Assembly: GCA_973895155.1 (NCBI GenBank)
Contig: OZ316892.1
Span: 11,174,420-11,238,419 of the forward strand
DNA: 64,000 nt
DNA from: Marsupella aquatica
Lineage: Eukaryota; Plantae; Marchantiophyta
Direction of reading: 5' to 3'
The notes beneath the pieces were generated by a model. The model did no database searches. It had not been told where the DNA came from and saw nothing but the letters and a program-made list of their open reading frames with translations. The position numbers were made by a program, and so were the translations under genes. Of this stretch, positions 25,316-38,100 are shown piece after piece (the stretch's first letter is position 1; every line of letters begins with the position of its first letter).

Positions 25316-27058
25316 GGGAGTGAGGAGGAGAGGAGAGGAGAGGAGAGGAGAGGAGAGGAATAAAAAGGAAAACGATTTCACAACTGGCGCAGATTGCATT
25401 CGAGTGAGGAGGATCCGGCGTGAACGGATTGCGGAATTTGTCGGTAGAGTGGTGATGGGGGAGAGATTATTATTGGGTGAAAGCAGAATCCCTCTGTGGC
25501 GTTGAGCTCGACGAGTAACGTCACTGTGCTCGTGGACGGAAGGAAGGAAGGAAGGAGAAGGAATTGGATCTGGAGGAGGTGGAATAGGGCAAGCAGAGCA
25601 GAGCATCGTTCGAGAGTGGTGGCAGAACAGGGCAGAGATTTGTCGTGGTGGTGGAAAGGAAGGAGGGGAAGGAAGGACGGATCGAAAGCAGTGCAGAGGT
25701 GGTGGAAGGAGGTGGACAAGGAGGAGGAGGAGGAGGGGGAGAGCAGAGTAGGAGGCGATTGAGGGAGCGAGCGAGCGAGCGAGCGAGCGGCAGAGAGAGG
25801 GAGACGAGTGGAAGCTGAGACAGAGACAGACAGACAGACAGACGGGCAGACAGATTGTGAGGGAGGGAGAGGAGAGGGAAACTTGAGGCGAGAGGCGAGT
25901 CAGTCACGAGAGGACGAGTGGATTGAAAGACGAGTGTAAGAGGCAAAGGTTGGAAAGGGGGAATTGGAATTGGTCGTGTTCAAGGTCGAGTGTGTGTTGG
26001 TGCTGGCTGGTGCTAGAATTTGCAAGATGAGATGAGATGAGATGATCATATGCTGTGAGCTGTGTGCATGGACTGGACAACTTTGGTTGGGGTGGATGGA
26101 GGGAGGGAGCATTCATTCATTCGGATGGTGGGTTGGTTGGGAGGGAGGGACGGACGAAAGGACGGAAATTCGGTGACCAATCTGAATATTGGCACCGGGG
26201 GCATGGGCATTCTTGTTTAATTCCTCTTTGGCATCTTCCCAGTCGTTGCTTCTTGTAGTAGTGCCTGCTGTTTCGTTGGTTGGTTGGTTGGTTGGGTCGT
26301 TGGCTCTGGTCTGGTTGGTTGGTTGTTTGCTCTACTCTTGCGCTACGATAGGGCAGGCGTTGCAATATGACATCCTTTGCCATTATGCGGAATGGAGAGG
26401 CTCACTGGGCTTCTGAAATTCTTTTCCATCTCAGAAAGAGACGCAGAGAAAAGCTAAGACGCGTGCATCAATTGCGCCGCGGCATACATGAGGCTAGGGT
26501 CTTAACTTATGTTCTGGAATTAACAGCCGTTGGTTTAGCGTTATTTCAAGCGTCATGTGATAGTTTTCACTCCCATCAACGTTTTAAACATATCAATTCA
26601 AGCATCCCGTCATGTCATACCCTCCCATTCTGCCTGACGAGTCGCAATTTGTGCACAGTTCACTACTGAGTGGTGTTTATTTGTGCTCTCCTGCCCTGTC
26701 CAGTCTCTGTTAATTGTTCATTCAGTGAATAAAACCTGTGACAGTCCTACTACAGTTAAAGCCATGTTCCCCTTTGTCATCATCATCTTCACTATGTTGG
26801 CTCTGGGAAGCCATCTTTAGGGAGATGCTGGGAATGCGGTGTATGTATAGAGTTCTCTGATCCTGTGTGGGACTCTGGTATGCCCATCGATAAATTTGGG
26901 AATGGAAAGTGAAAAGACGTGGCTAATTCCATGGAAATGATCGGGTTCAAACGGAGAATGAATGGGAGATGAAATGGACAGTGAATCTGGCAGTGCTTCA
27001 TGTGTCTTTCCTTTGTTGACGACAATTTATTGCTCAATTCAGGTGACCCGCGGCGAAA

Positions 27059-30000
27059 ATGTCGCTTGGATCCCGAAAACTTGTTGTAAGTGGTATCTGC
27101 TTTTCCTTGTCGGTGTTCCTTTTATTATTATGCTGTGGCCCTTTCTCCTTAGAAGCCTTGACTGAAGGAATTTTCGTTCATGTTTCTTGAGATTCCTGTG
27201 GTACTGTCTTCATTGTTCTCAGCTAGGAAGTACGGCTTTAATACCTTTGATGTCCAATCTTCCTGTTCTTTCATAACTCGCACGCGCTCTCCGAATCGCC
27301 ATGCATCGGCTGTTCTAGAAAAGTCCCATCGGTTCTGCCTTTCGAATGCATTAGATCACCTTCGGTTACTTCTCGCTAGTTGTAAGAGTTGTAATTGTAG
27401 ACGTGCCTTTTAACGTCAATATTGCTCTTTAGTAATGTTAATCCAGGGTATAGTTGATCTGGAATCTCTTATTAATTAGCCAATAGTTTCAGATTCTCTT
27501 CCATCTCGTGTACTTGTGAGATAGGATGTAAAACCTTTTTCTCTGACTTGTTACGACTTTCTTTGTAGGTGCTTGGGATTCCATGGGATATTGATACGGA
27601 AGGACTTCGGCAGTACATGTCAAAATATGGAGATCTTGATGACATAATTGTTATGAAGGTAAAATCGCAAGCTGAAGTCGCGGTTTGGTTCCTGCGCAAT
27701 ATTGAGTTTGTAACACCAATTTGAGTATTTCCAACTCATTTACATGTTTGATTTGGTTTCACAATGTTTTACAGCTTCTTAGTTTTACGGGGAATGCAAC
27801 TATCTCCTTCGCTTTAAATAGTTCTAAGCCCCTGCTCACTCGGATCATGCTGTTCATTTCCACCAGAGTAATGACGTCGCTATTCTTTTTCCTGACTCAG
27901 GATCGGGCTACTGGTCGTTCTCGCGGCTTTGGATATGTTACATTCAGGACAAGTGAAGATGCCGAGGTGCAAATTTTCTTCTTAAATTGTTGATTCCACA
28001 TGCATGGAAGGAAAGGTTTTTCTGCGGAGTCGCCAATCTTTGAATTAGTTTTGCTCTGAAATTTGATTCAACTTGACAAGGATGCTAGTTTTCCTTATGG
28101 ATATTCCAAACCACTTCGTTACTGTGGCAGAAAGCTGTTGCAACACAACACTCTCTAAATGGGCGGATGCTAGAAGTGAAGATAGCAACACCCAAGGTAT
28201 GTTCCTTTTTGGTTGCAGTTCATGCTTTTTAAGAGAGATTCCTGTCAATGAAAGTGCAACTGGAGGTTTTCCTCGATCCTGATATTTGTTAACGATCCTC
28301 ACGGCATTTATCTCTGTCCCTGCCAGGAGTTAGTTTGGTAATACAATGTCCTGAATTGGCCTCTCTTAATTCCTTTTTGCGTTGAATGTGCAGGAGGATA
28401 TGAAACCGCCAACTAAAAAAATTACTCGAGTTTTTGTTGCTAGAATCCCCCCCAGTGTCACAGATGAAATGTTTCGGAGGTGAGAGTCTGGGTGTGTTCT
28501 TGTTTGAGCATTTCCAACAACTTCTAAAGTCCAGAATTCTGTATGATTCTGTATGATCTTCCAGATGTCTTCCTTTCTGCACTTTCAGGTAAATAGTCGA
28601 TTTATGATCATCTCTTATTCTGTGACCTGTATTGACAATTCTGACCCGCACATTTCTTTGTTATGCTGTTGTTCAGCTACTTTGAAAAGTATGGAATCCT
28701 GATTGATGCCTACATGCCCAAGGTTGGTTTCCTGTTATTGTCTTTCCTTCAGGTGTAGCTTGCTCCTGGGATGAGAATTGGGAACGAACATGTTCGTGAC
28801 TCTGCAACCCAACAGGCAACTGGGTTTGGAACTGATGCTTTCTCTTGTGGTTATTTTCAGGACCAAATAACAAAGCAACACAGAGGCATAGGATTTGTTA
28901 CTTATGAGCATGCAGGTTTGAACTTGCCTCCTTCTGACAAGCTAAGGAAATGAGAGGAGTTTTCCAGGATCGCATTAATTTATCTCTGGACTGTTCCCGA
29001 CGTAAATTAGGCTCCTTACCCTTGACTTCTGTTTTCAGATTCTGTTGATAAGCTAATGGCTGAATCACATGAACTTGCTGGGTCAACAATTGCTGTCGAT
29101 CGAGCAACTCCAAAGGTGAGACAGTTGTATCCATAGATAGCATTTGGCAAAGATCCTTTAGTTTTGGCTGTGTGAATTTTAAAACAGCACCTTCTATTCA
29201 CTCTTCACCTAGTTGTAGGGATCCTTGTGATGATAGTGAATCCCTAGCTGTTGAGACATACCATCTATCTTGAAGTATTTTGCGTTTGTATTTCCTTCCG
29301 ACTGACCTGTCTTGGTGAAAGAAACTAGAGGTTTTAACTTGATTTACGTGTGCATGTAATCTTGATGCCCAAGGATGTCCTTTACTTGAAGGATGTGTGT
29401 GCTCCTAGTACCTAATTGTGCTGGTGCTTGGCCTACAGGAAGAAACTGCAAAGCCATGGGGAAAACCATTCCAGAATCCCTATGGTGCATATGGGGTTTA
29501 CACTAATGCGGCTGCCCGATTTGGAGCATTTGGAGGAGCAATTTTTCCAAGTTATGATTACAGTGGAACAGGTCTTGGGTCTGATTTTGGTGGAGGGGGT
29601 TTGCAAAATCCATTTGCTGCTGCCAGTGCTTGGCCATCGCAGCCTACTGGTGGTGGTATGTTAGGAGCGCCAACCTTGGGGGTTCCTGGATCTGCACCTC
29701 CTTCAAACTATGGTTCTTCGGGTGCTCCCCTTCAATCCGGTGGATCATCAAAAGGACTGGGCACTAGGATTTTTGTGGGCAGACTGCCACCAGAGGCAAC
29801 AGCAGAGGATTTACGGCGGTATTTCAACAATTTTGGTCGTATACTAGATGTATATGTACCAAAGGTATGATTAGTGGGCAGTGTACTGTTGTCTTCATAC
29901 TCAATTAGAAGTACTATCTTCTCATTGGAATCAAAAAAATTGACATTTAGATATGTTTCTTGTACAGGACGCAAAGAAACAATCTCACAGAGGCTTTGGC

Positions 30001-30916
30001 TTTGTCACCTTCTCTGATGAGGGTGCAGCTGAGCGTGTTTCATTAAGGTCACATGAACTTCTTGGACATCAGGTAAACCATTTGAACTTGTCTGTGTAGT
30101 TGTATGTCCTGGAAGGACACTTATGGTTCATACAATTGTGTTTGGGCATCTGAATGCTATGGTGAAGTTCTATGTTTTAACTTGAAGGACAGGTTGTTTT
30201 ATTGGTCATGCTGGCTTGAAAGATTGCAGCACGTAACTCCCAGTTACTCCACGGATCCACAATAGTACCATCGATTTCTTTAAAGATACACAGTATAATC
30301 CATTAGAGAATATGCAATGTTCTTCTTTGCAGGGATCCTTGCGTTCCTTTACTAAAATTGTTGCAGATGGATTCTTGGACTCCCATCGTGTTCTAAAATC
30401 TTGGAGAGCTTGTTTTAGATTGCGGTGGATCGGGCATCACCTCAAGATGGAGGTGGCGGTGGTGGTCATGGTGGAAATCCTGCCACTGGAGCAAATTCGG
30501 TAGGTGTGCCTCACACAGGAGGAGCGGGGGGTCCTTTGAGAGGCAATGCTGGATCAGGACCTCCTGCGTATGGAAATTTACCCGGTAGCTTGGATTATCA
30601 TAGTGCGGTAAGCATGTTTGACCCATGGCCAGTAGATTTTCCAATACCCCATAAAGGTAGTTTGAAGAATTTTTGCATAGTCAAAATGGCGTATTGCTGC
30701 AACGTATTTCTGTTTTTCCTCATGAAGATCACAACTTGTATGTAGACATGTTAGACCTTTTTGAAATACACAGCAGGAATCCTGGGTATGCATTTGACAT
30801 TGAGTTCTTGGCAGTGGGGAGGCTATGGAGGAGCAGGCTTGGTCTCAGCAGGGGATGGGCCTGGAGTTCCTGTGCATCGGGCATCTAGGATAGAGCCTCG
30901 CTATAGGCCATATTAA
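27059..30916 (+). CDS. Three-RRM hnRNP A/B-like RNA-binding protein (At4g36960-type). Exons 27059-27085, 27569-27658, 27901-27966, 28131-28196, 28394-28479, 28677-28722, 28861-28915, 29039-29115, 29439-29864, 29968-30072, 30419-30607, 30815-30916
   Basis: MSLGSRKLVVLGIPWDIDTEGLRQY, RNP1 motifs RGFGYVTF, RGIGFVTY and RGFGFVTF, C-terminal RYRPY (PY-NLS-type). GT-AG introns keep frame. 5'UTR intron acceptor at 27041-27042. Confidence 0.92.
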
Positions 30917-31784
30917 ACCATCAGGTACGTTTGAACGGAGCTGATATGCAGCATTTGTGAAGCTGATATGAAAAGTGTTACCGGGGTCAGTAGGTGGTCC
31001 TCTTGTCATAACCGGTACGTTGTTTACAGTGATGATAAGGCCCTGTTGCACCTGGGCATTGAGCGTTCTGTAGATCGTAATCCATAGTTCACTTAACCCT
31101 TGAGGTGTGTGTCCACATCTTAGTCTAGGCCGCAAGAGTATGCTGTGGCATATTGGTAGTAATCAAGTTATAGGTAGGCACACAGCACTTGACTGTCGAG
31201 GATACGTTGCTGGACTGGGTAAAGATTTTCTGCTGGCAAGTTTTCGAGCAAATAGTATCAGTGTACAGACAACAGACGGTAGCCATTTAGTCTGTCGATA
31301 CCCTGCCTCGAGTAGCGGATCCAAGCCGGGCCAAAGATACTACTGTGCAGAAGTGCGATGGTAGCAGTTTATCTTTGTACTGGGATCAACAGCCTCATAC
31401 TTGTATCAAATGTTATTCACCTTTCTCATTTTCGTGCTGTTGTAAAAGGATTGGCTCATCTTTATACGCAGCCGTACAGGAATTGCTGCTCGAGATAAAC
31501 TTGTGGAGCTTTCTTTGTCAGCCTTCGTGCGTGATATAATGCTTTTCAGTTCTTTGTGGTCATTTTTGTTAACGTTTCTATGAGGTACCATCATAGGGTC
31601 TTGTGCCTCAACATAATTATGGATAATCTTCGTTCTATTCTAGAAGATAGTGAAGAGTTAGACTGAATGCATTACCTATGCTAGTAATTAATGTCCGAAG
31701 AGAATCTGTCGCAAAGGCACGGTCTCGGAATGTACATCCTTGCTGATGTTAGCTACGCATTACTCGGATTATCATGTTTTAAAA

Positions 31785-32000
31785 TTGAGCAGAGTCGAAT
31801 GATCGTTTGACCACTCTATTATGTTCCCGAGTGTGGTCTACGGAAGTGAGCAGCGGACACCCAGGGGCTTGAAATGGGGATAAAAGTGTCTCAATCAAAC
31901 GATCATTCGACTCAATCAATTCCGACCCGTTTGACTGGAATTGATTGAGACCGACCGAAGGACTGGCCCTTCGTCGGGCGAGTCAAGGAATTCCAGTAGT
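31785..32000. other. Cluster of inverted repeats (structured element)
   Basis: 19-bp perfect IR 31792-31810/31895-31913, 13-bp perfect IR 31911-31923/31937-31949, GC-rich hairpin 31951-31977. Confidence 0.75.
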
Positions 32001-32764
32001 TGTTTTGGGTAGTAGGTAAACCTTATTGGAGATGGAGACCGACTCAGGAGATGAGATCCCTTGCACGAGGCGCTAGTGCACTTCATCGGAGGCTTGCACA
32101 GCTGGAGGACAGATGTATCTCTTGCAGATTTGGTTGCCATTTTAGATGTTGATCATTAGTACCTTAATTTTAGCATAATCTCTGTTCTTTTGCAGTCTTT
32201 GACGTGGTGTAGCTTTTTCGTTTCATAGCAGTATATTGTTTGGTTTTTGTTTGGTTCTTGCTACATTTTTCTCCGTCTTGGTTGTTGTACTTCGTTGTCA
32301 TTTGTAGTAAATTTGTTTCTTTCACTGTCAACAAGGTGAAGATCTCTGAGTTTCGTCCAATTTCGGCAGCACTAAAAGCACTTGTGTGGAGGACATTAGA
32401 GCAAAGGGAACCATTTGATTGAATGGCCTTCCAAGGTACTTCCCACCCACCCCATGTGCAACATCTAAACACGCCATCTGTAATTTGCTTACCATCATTG
32501 GAGTTGCCCCCAATTGGAATCAGCTTCATCCCCGACTTTATGAATTGCTGGAGAACGTCGTGAGGGGACTGAGGCACAAAAAACTGTTGTAGCAAATTCA
32601 TGCAGGAGTAACGGCAATTGAAACTAAAGAACCCTGTATCTTATATGAGTTTCATCCAACTTTGCCATCCGATCCGGATTCGAGAAGAATAGATATCGTT
32701 CGGGTACCCGTCTGAGCCTTTTGATCATATCGATAGAGTCGTGGCACAGTTTTGAGGACAACAG

Positions 32765-32900
32765 TTTGTAAGCATTTCCCTCTTGTCTCGACAAACATCC
32801 CGCAGACTGAAAAGTAACATCGTAGTAGTTCATTTTGTAAGCACTTCCCTCTTGACTCGGCAAGCATCCCGCAGACTGAAAAGTAACATCGTAGTAGTTC
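32765..32900. repeat. 69-bp tandem duplication
   Basis: tttgtaagca.ttccctcttg.ctcg.caa.catcccgcagactgaaaagtaacatcgtagtagttc x2. Confidence 0.9.
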
Positions 32901-35123
32901 CTGGAACACGGATCTTCTTAATGGTGAATGGAAGTTCAAGACAGGTCACTAGACCGCGATTCGTCTATATAACTTTCTCATTTATGTCATTGCTCACATC
33001 GCGTAAGCCGAGATTAGATCAAGCCACCTGAACACCCAGGCAGAAACAGAGAAGAGAATGAAATTAAAGCTTGTTGTTATCTTAAAGGTCTTTCCACTAG
33101 CTTCTTACCTACATGGATACATGTTCACTGGTATCAACGCTGGAGGATTTTGTGATGTCAACGTCTGGAGACGACAGCACTCATCAGTTGCGACACGTCT
33201 TGTCAATCCACATTCACGAAACAAGTGATATATCCGCACTCGAGGGAGTCTAAAATTCACAAATCTTCCTAGTGTTCAACAGCCAGAAAGTTCACCACAC
33301 GCGCCGAAGCCCAGCTGCCCAGCACAAAATATTTGTCTAGCGAAAATTTGGAAAACTCTTCTATAAAAGAATCAGATTCGATTGAAGAATGTTCCGAATG
33401 GTCTGAAGGTTGAGCGTACATCAATCACTACATTGAAGAATAGCGGTAGACTGTTCAACACCTGGGCTTCAAATAGCCGCATAATTATTGGAACTGCTAC
33501 AATTGGGACATTCAGTCAACTAAATGTTAGGCAGACGACAGTTGAACAGGTAATGTTGTGCTTAAGGTTCAAGAGGGTGGATGAAGCTTACAGATGGCAA
33601 AACCAACAACCCGGAATGTCCAATCAGATCGAAATGTACAAGTTATCGCCTTCGCCGGTGAAAAGCTACGGCCTGCTCTAGATACTCGAAACCTACTACT
33701 TCACGGCGAGCATTGGCATGCAGTGCTTGGATGTGCCCCAGATTATTTAGCATTGGGAGATTGTTAGGAGGCTCAGCGTCGCATATGGGCGTATCACAAT
33801 CTGAAAGATGAGCTCAAGAGGTCTCCAAGACATTCAGGCCCAAGTGGACGGGGATGGTGTCATTCGTGGAAACCCAGCCAAACAATAAGGTTGCAATCCC
33901 TTCAGGAGTCAGCAGAGAAGTTAACTGAAGAAAAGCTCAAAAGCAAGCAGGGAAACAGCTAGAGCAGGCAAGAGGGTGTACTTCATGATCGGATACTCTT
34001 GCAGAACCAGCGTTATCCAACCGACAGACGGCAGCAACCCTACTGCTCTCCCTATGATTTGCTCTCTCTCCAGCCATCTGAGTCCGGGGATGGCCTCCTC
34101 ATAAATCCCACAGGACTGTGATCGCCTTTAGTGAGCAATTCCACTCCCCTACCATCGAGATTTCCGGCCACATCTATAGATGATTTACTAAGTTCATTTC
34201 AAGACTTTGCGATGCGTTTTCTTAGCACACATTCCTTCTGCTTGGTCGATGTCCATAATTCATTTTCGTCTTCTGGGCTCATCAATTGCCGCATGTCTTG
34301 ATGGGCTATCACATTTTCTGCTTTGTTCTCTTTCTTGTTGTATTTGACCATCTGAAACTTGTGAATGAATTTCTTTGGCCTCATCAGACAGCGATTCCCG
34401 GGATAAATTCCATGGCTTGAATACACTTGCAAAATCTGTGCTCTTCCCACTGTGCACTGGAGTCACAGTTACTGTATCAGCGTTAGGTACTTTCCCACTC
34501 GAATGGACAAGGACCTGCTATGTGTGTGGCATGAATATCCATCCCGTTTGTGCGTTCAAAAGTTGCAATTGTCCGGTGGTGCCGATAGCTACACAAATAG
34601 CTGATGATTTTCTCTGAAAAGTATTCCCCCTTGCTTCCACTTGGATTGAAACAAAGGAGCATGGTACCACGAGCGACATGGGGAGACTCATTGTCAAACG
34701 TTCCTGAGTTTGTTGAACTCCACGCTTGTTCATCTTCTACACTGGATTTGTGGAGTGTCTTCTTCTACTCTATTGATCCTTCAATGTTATTTCTTTGACA
34801 GCTCTCACCATGCCATTTCTTTTCACAGTGGCTAGACCCTGTTTCTCCACCTGGTATCTAGACAGCTCTACTCACCTGCGATAGGTGACGCAATCAGCTA
34901 GGAAGCATGGAGCTCCCTCCAGCAATTATCTAGTGTCCTGAATCGCATATGTGCTTGAGGCTTACATCACCAATGACCGCAGTGTGAAAAGAAAGAAGAA
35001 CAACAAAGCACATTGAAGGATAAGCACTAGGTTGTGTCATACTCACAAGGGAGGGCTGAAATGAGCTCGTTTCACAACTGTTCCAGCCAGAATTTTGCCC
35101 TCATCCTGGAGGTTCTCGAATCA

Positions 35124-38100
35124 TTATATGTTATGTTCCCCAGTTGGACTAGCTGGCCCAAGCCCACGGCGAACTCTCAATGCTCCGTGGCTCGGGAAAT
35201 ATCTCTCCGGCTCTGGCTCTGGCTCCGTTCTCACAGGTGGGGGAGCCACAAAACGTTCCGTCGGCTCTGGAGCTGGTGATGGGACTTGGATGGGTATCAT
35301 TCTTCGAGGAGTCAATACAGGAGAGTGTGGAATTGACGTCTTAGTACACACCTGAGCCATTTGGAACCTGAAGTTTCAGAATTCACCTGATCACTGTCAT
35401 CATTACATTATCGTAATAAGCTATTCATTGAAGGAAATTTTGTGACCAAGGAGTGATCAAGCTTGTCACAAAGCGTAAAATTAAGTTTTGTTTTGTGCAT
35501 TCCGTGCTTCAAACAGGTCCAGCTCCTGCCACCACGTCAGAATTAATTGGCCTTGATTTCTTCACTTAAATTTTTGTGGAGTATTCACGTACTTCGCCAA
35601 TGTCTGATATGGATGTTGAAAAACTAGACTCGGTTGTCACTGCAATGGAGTTATTCTGCTGTACTTAGAATGTGGTACTCAACGTTGCTTACCTCAATAC
35701 ACCTTGGTGCTGGTGGAGCTGGTTTATTACAACAACCTGAAACTTTGAGATTTGTGTACTCCATACAAAACCCTGGTTGTGCAGCCTTCATGGCTATGTC
35801 GACAGTTTCTCCAAGGCCAGGTGCTCCCATACCCTCGGTTGTCGCTCCTGCCTGCAAAGAACAGATCATGGTAATACCCGCAAAGCTCACAACCGACAAG
35901 ATGTCCATGACAATTACTTCCAAAAAGCCATCAGAGCACTTATACTTATCGCTTTGACTCAATTGTCCACAAGCATTAGTTAAGATCACAGTGCGCTATA
36001 CCGAAGACACTTGCCCTTTCTGCCGTCACCAATAGTTGGCAACATGTTTGCCGATGCAATCTATTAGATTGCTATCTGCTCACCCTGTGGACAGGGTTCG
36101 TGCCTGAGGATAGACATTTGTTGTATAATACAGAACTATCCATTTCAGTTAAGCACAAATTTTTCAGGCAAAGTTTAAAGTACAGCCAAGTGCAAAAAGT
36201 TTCAGGCAAGTTAAAGTACAACCACTTGGCTAGAAGAGGAGTACGAAATTTAGGAGAAACAATGTACCTGCACAGACTTTCTAGTCTTATGATTGGTTGC
36301 ATTTGATTTCCTCTTGCGCATCCGCTTGATCTCTAAATGAAGAACTAGTACGTCAGCTCAGATTCTACTTCACACTACAAGCAAACATTTCAATGTTTTG
36401 TTCCCAAACGCAGTATACGTCAGTGGGGCAGATAACGAACCAGCCAATACAGCCCAATCCGGTTCCCATTTAAAGCTCTTGTACAAAATAGTGTAGAAGT
36501 CCACTAGGGGAGCTTCTCCTCATGACATCCTTCCTCCAACGACCGCCTCTTTCCGTTTCTAGCCCCACCGGCTGGAAGGCAATTTTTTAAGGCCCTACTT
36601 CTGCTTTCCTAGCCAGTATTTGGTGATAATCATGTCTACCCACACTCTGTTTTTGTTTTGTATTATCAAGGAACAAGTCTTCACTTTTTCAGAGCAAATT
36701 CGAACTCAAACACTACATGGATGCGCGTAAGACCAACCTTGACTAAGCGAATTATTGTCTAGATGGGCTTGCCATAAAGCCATCTCCAGCTCCCTTATTC
36801 TTTCCCAAACAGCATCGTCCACATTTGTAATGATTGGCTGTGAATTGATCAAAGTATCCTCTAATTCGGCCACTCTTTCTTGCAGCTCTACCATTCTCCA
36901 AGCAGCAACCTCAGCAGCTATCTCCTTTTTCAACCTGCATTGGAGGAGATGGATCTGCTGATTAAATATGAGACCAATTTCTACGTCAATAAACTCTAAA
37001 TCTTAAACGAAATCCAAGGCTTTCGTTCAAGCTCACCAGTCTCCAGAAACACACCACACAGGGAGTAGGGATCAAATTTAATTTCCTAGGAAATTTTGAA
37101 GCGATGGCACGGGACGGTACCTATCGTCGTGCGCCTCTTCAAGCAATGATTGCAGTCTAGCTATTTCCTTCTTCATCTGCGAAGTACCCGAATGCGGCCA
37201 ACTCAATAGTAGCTCATGTTATAACTTCAAAGCATAGGACAGTCATTTGACATCTTCCCCGCATCGTCCCCCTTTGCTTTCGGAGAAAAGCCAAGCGGCG
37301 ATAAGCCCCAGTTACAAAGTAATGATTACCGATAAGAGAGGATAATTTGTCAAAATTTGAGGAAGGACAAAGTGACAAGATTTCTTATGAGAGGGTTTCC
37401 GGGCCATGCGCAAACTAACGCCGTTCACGCAATTTGAAAGATGCATGCCACCAAAATCAAGGTCTGGTTGTAATTGAACCTTACATCCTTATGCTTTTTC
37501 TGGAAAGCTGCCAAGCCGTTCTCCAGCAGAGCCATTTCGTCCCTTATGTGATCATTCACGTTGGCCATGTGTATTGCACTAGACTCATGAATTTCTTTTT
37601 CTCTCTGTTGCTGCTCCAGCCCATCTGCAACATGGGCTAGATCTGTTTCCAGCAGAGATTTTTCTTTATTGATCTGGTCGAGGCCGTTAGTCTCTCGAGC
37701 TAGAAGTCCTTCAAGCAAGCCTTTTATTTCCGTTAGCTGGTCAAGCTCAGTGCTCACACGAGCCAAATCGGCTTGCATTGCGCCATTTTCCTTCAGTAGT
37801 TGCTCTAAGTCTTCCGTCGTCTTGTCTAAACGGTCTTTTAACGTATCCCTTTCTTGCTTTACATTCTGCAGCTCACTAGCCATCTGAGCAATTTCTACAT
37901 CGAACAATGTTCTGTCCATTTGTAGCTGATAGCTGTCATCAATCGCAGAAGCCAGATTGCCTTCCAAAATGATGTTGTCTCTCGTTAGGTGGTTGAGTTC
38001 AATACCAGTGTCTTGCAAGTCTGCATCCTGGATGAACATCCTTCGCCTCAAATCCTCAAGTTCTTCATTTGCATGTACCAGACGCATTTCAGCGTTGGCT

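Noticed and set aside
24927-25946. Long ORFs (192, 149 and 141 aa)
   Set aside because: They are by-products of the minisatellite and GA/CT simple repeats.
29227-29305. Possible intronic C/D snoRNA (GTGATGA...CTGA)
   Set aside because: No terminal stem and no recognisable rRNA guide.
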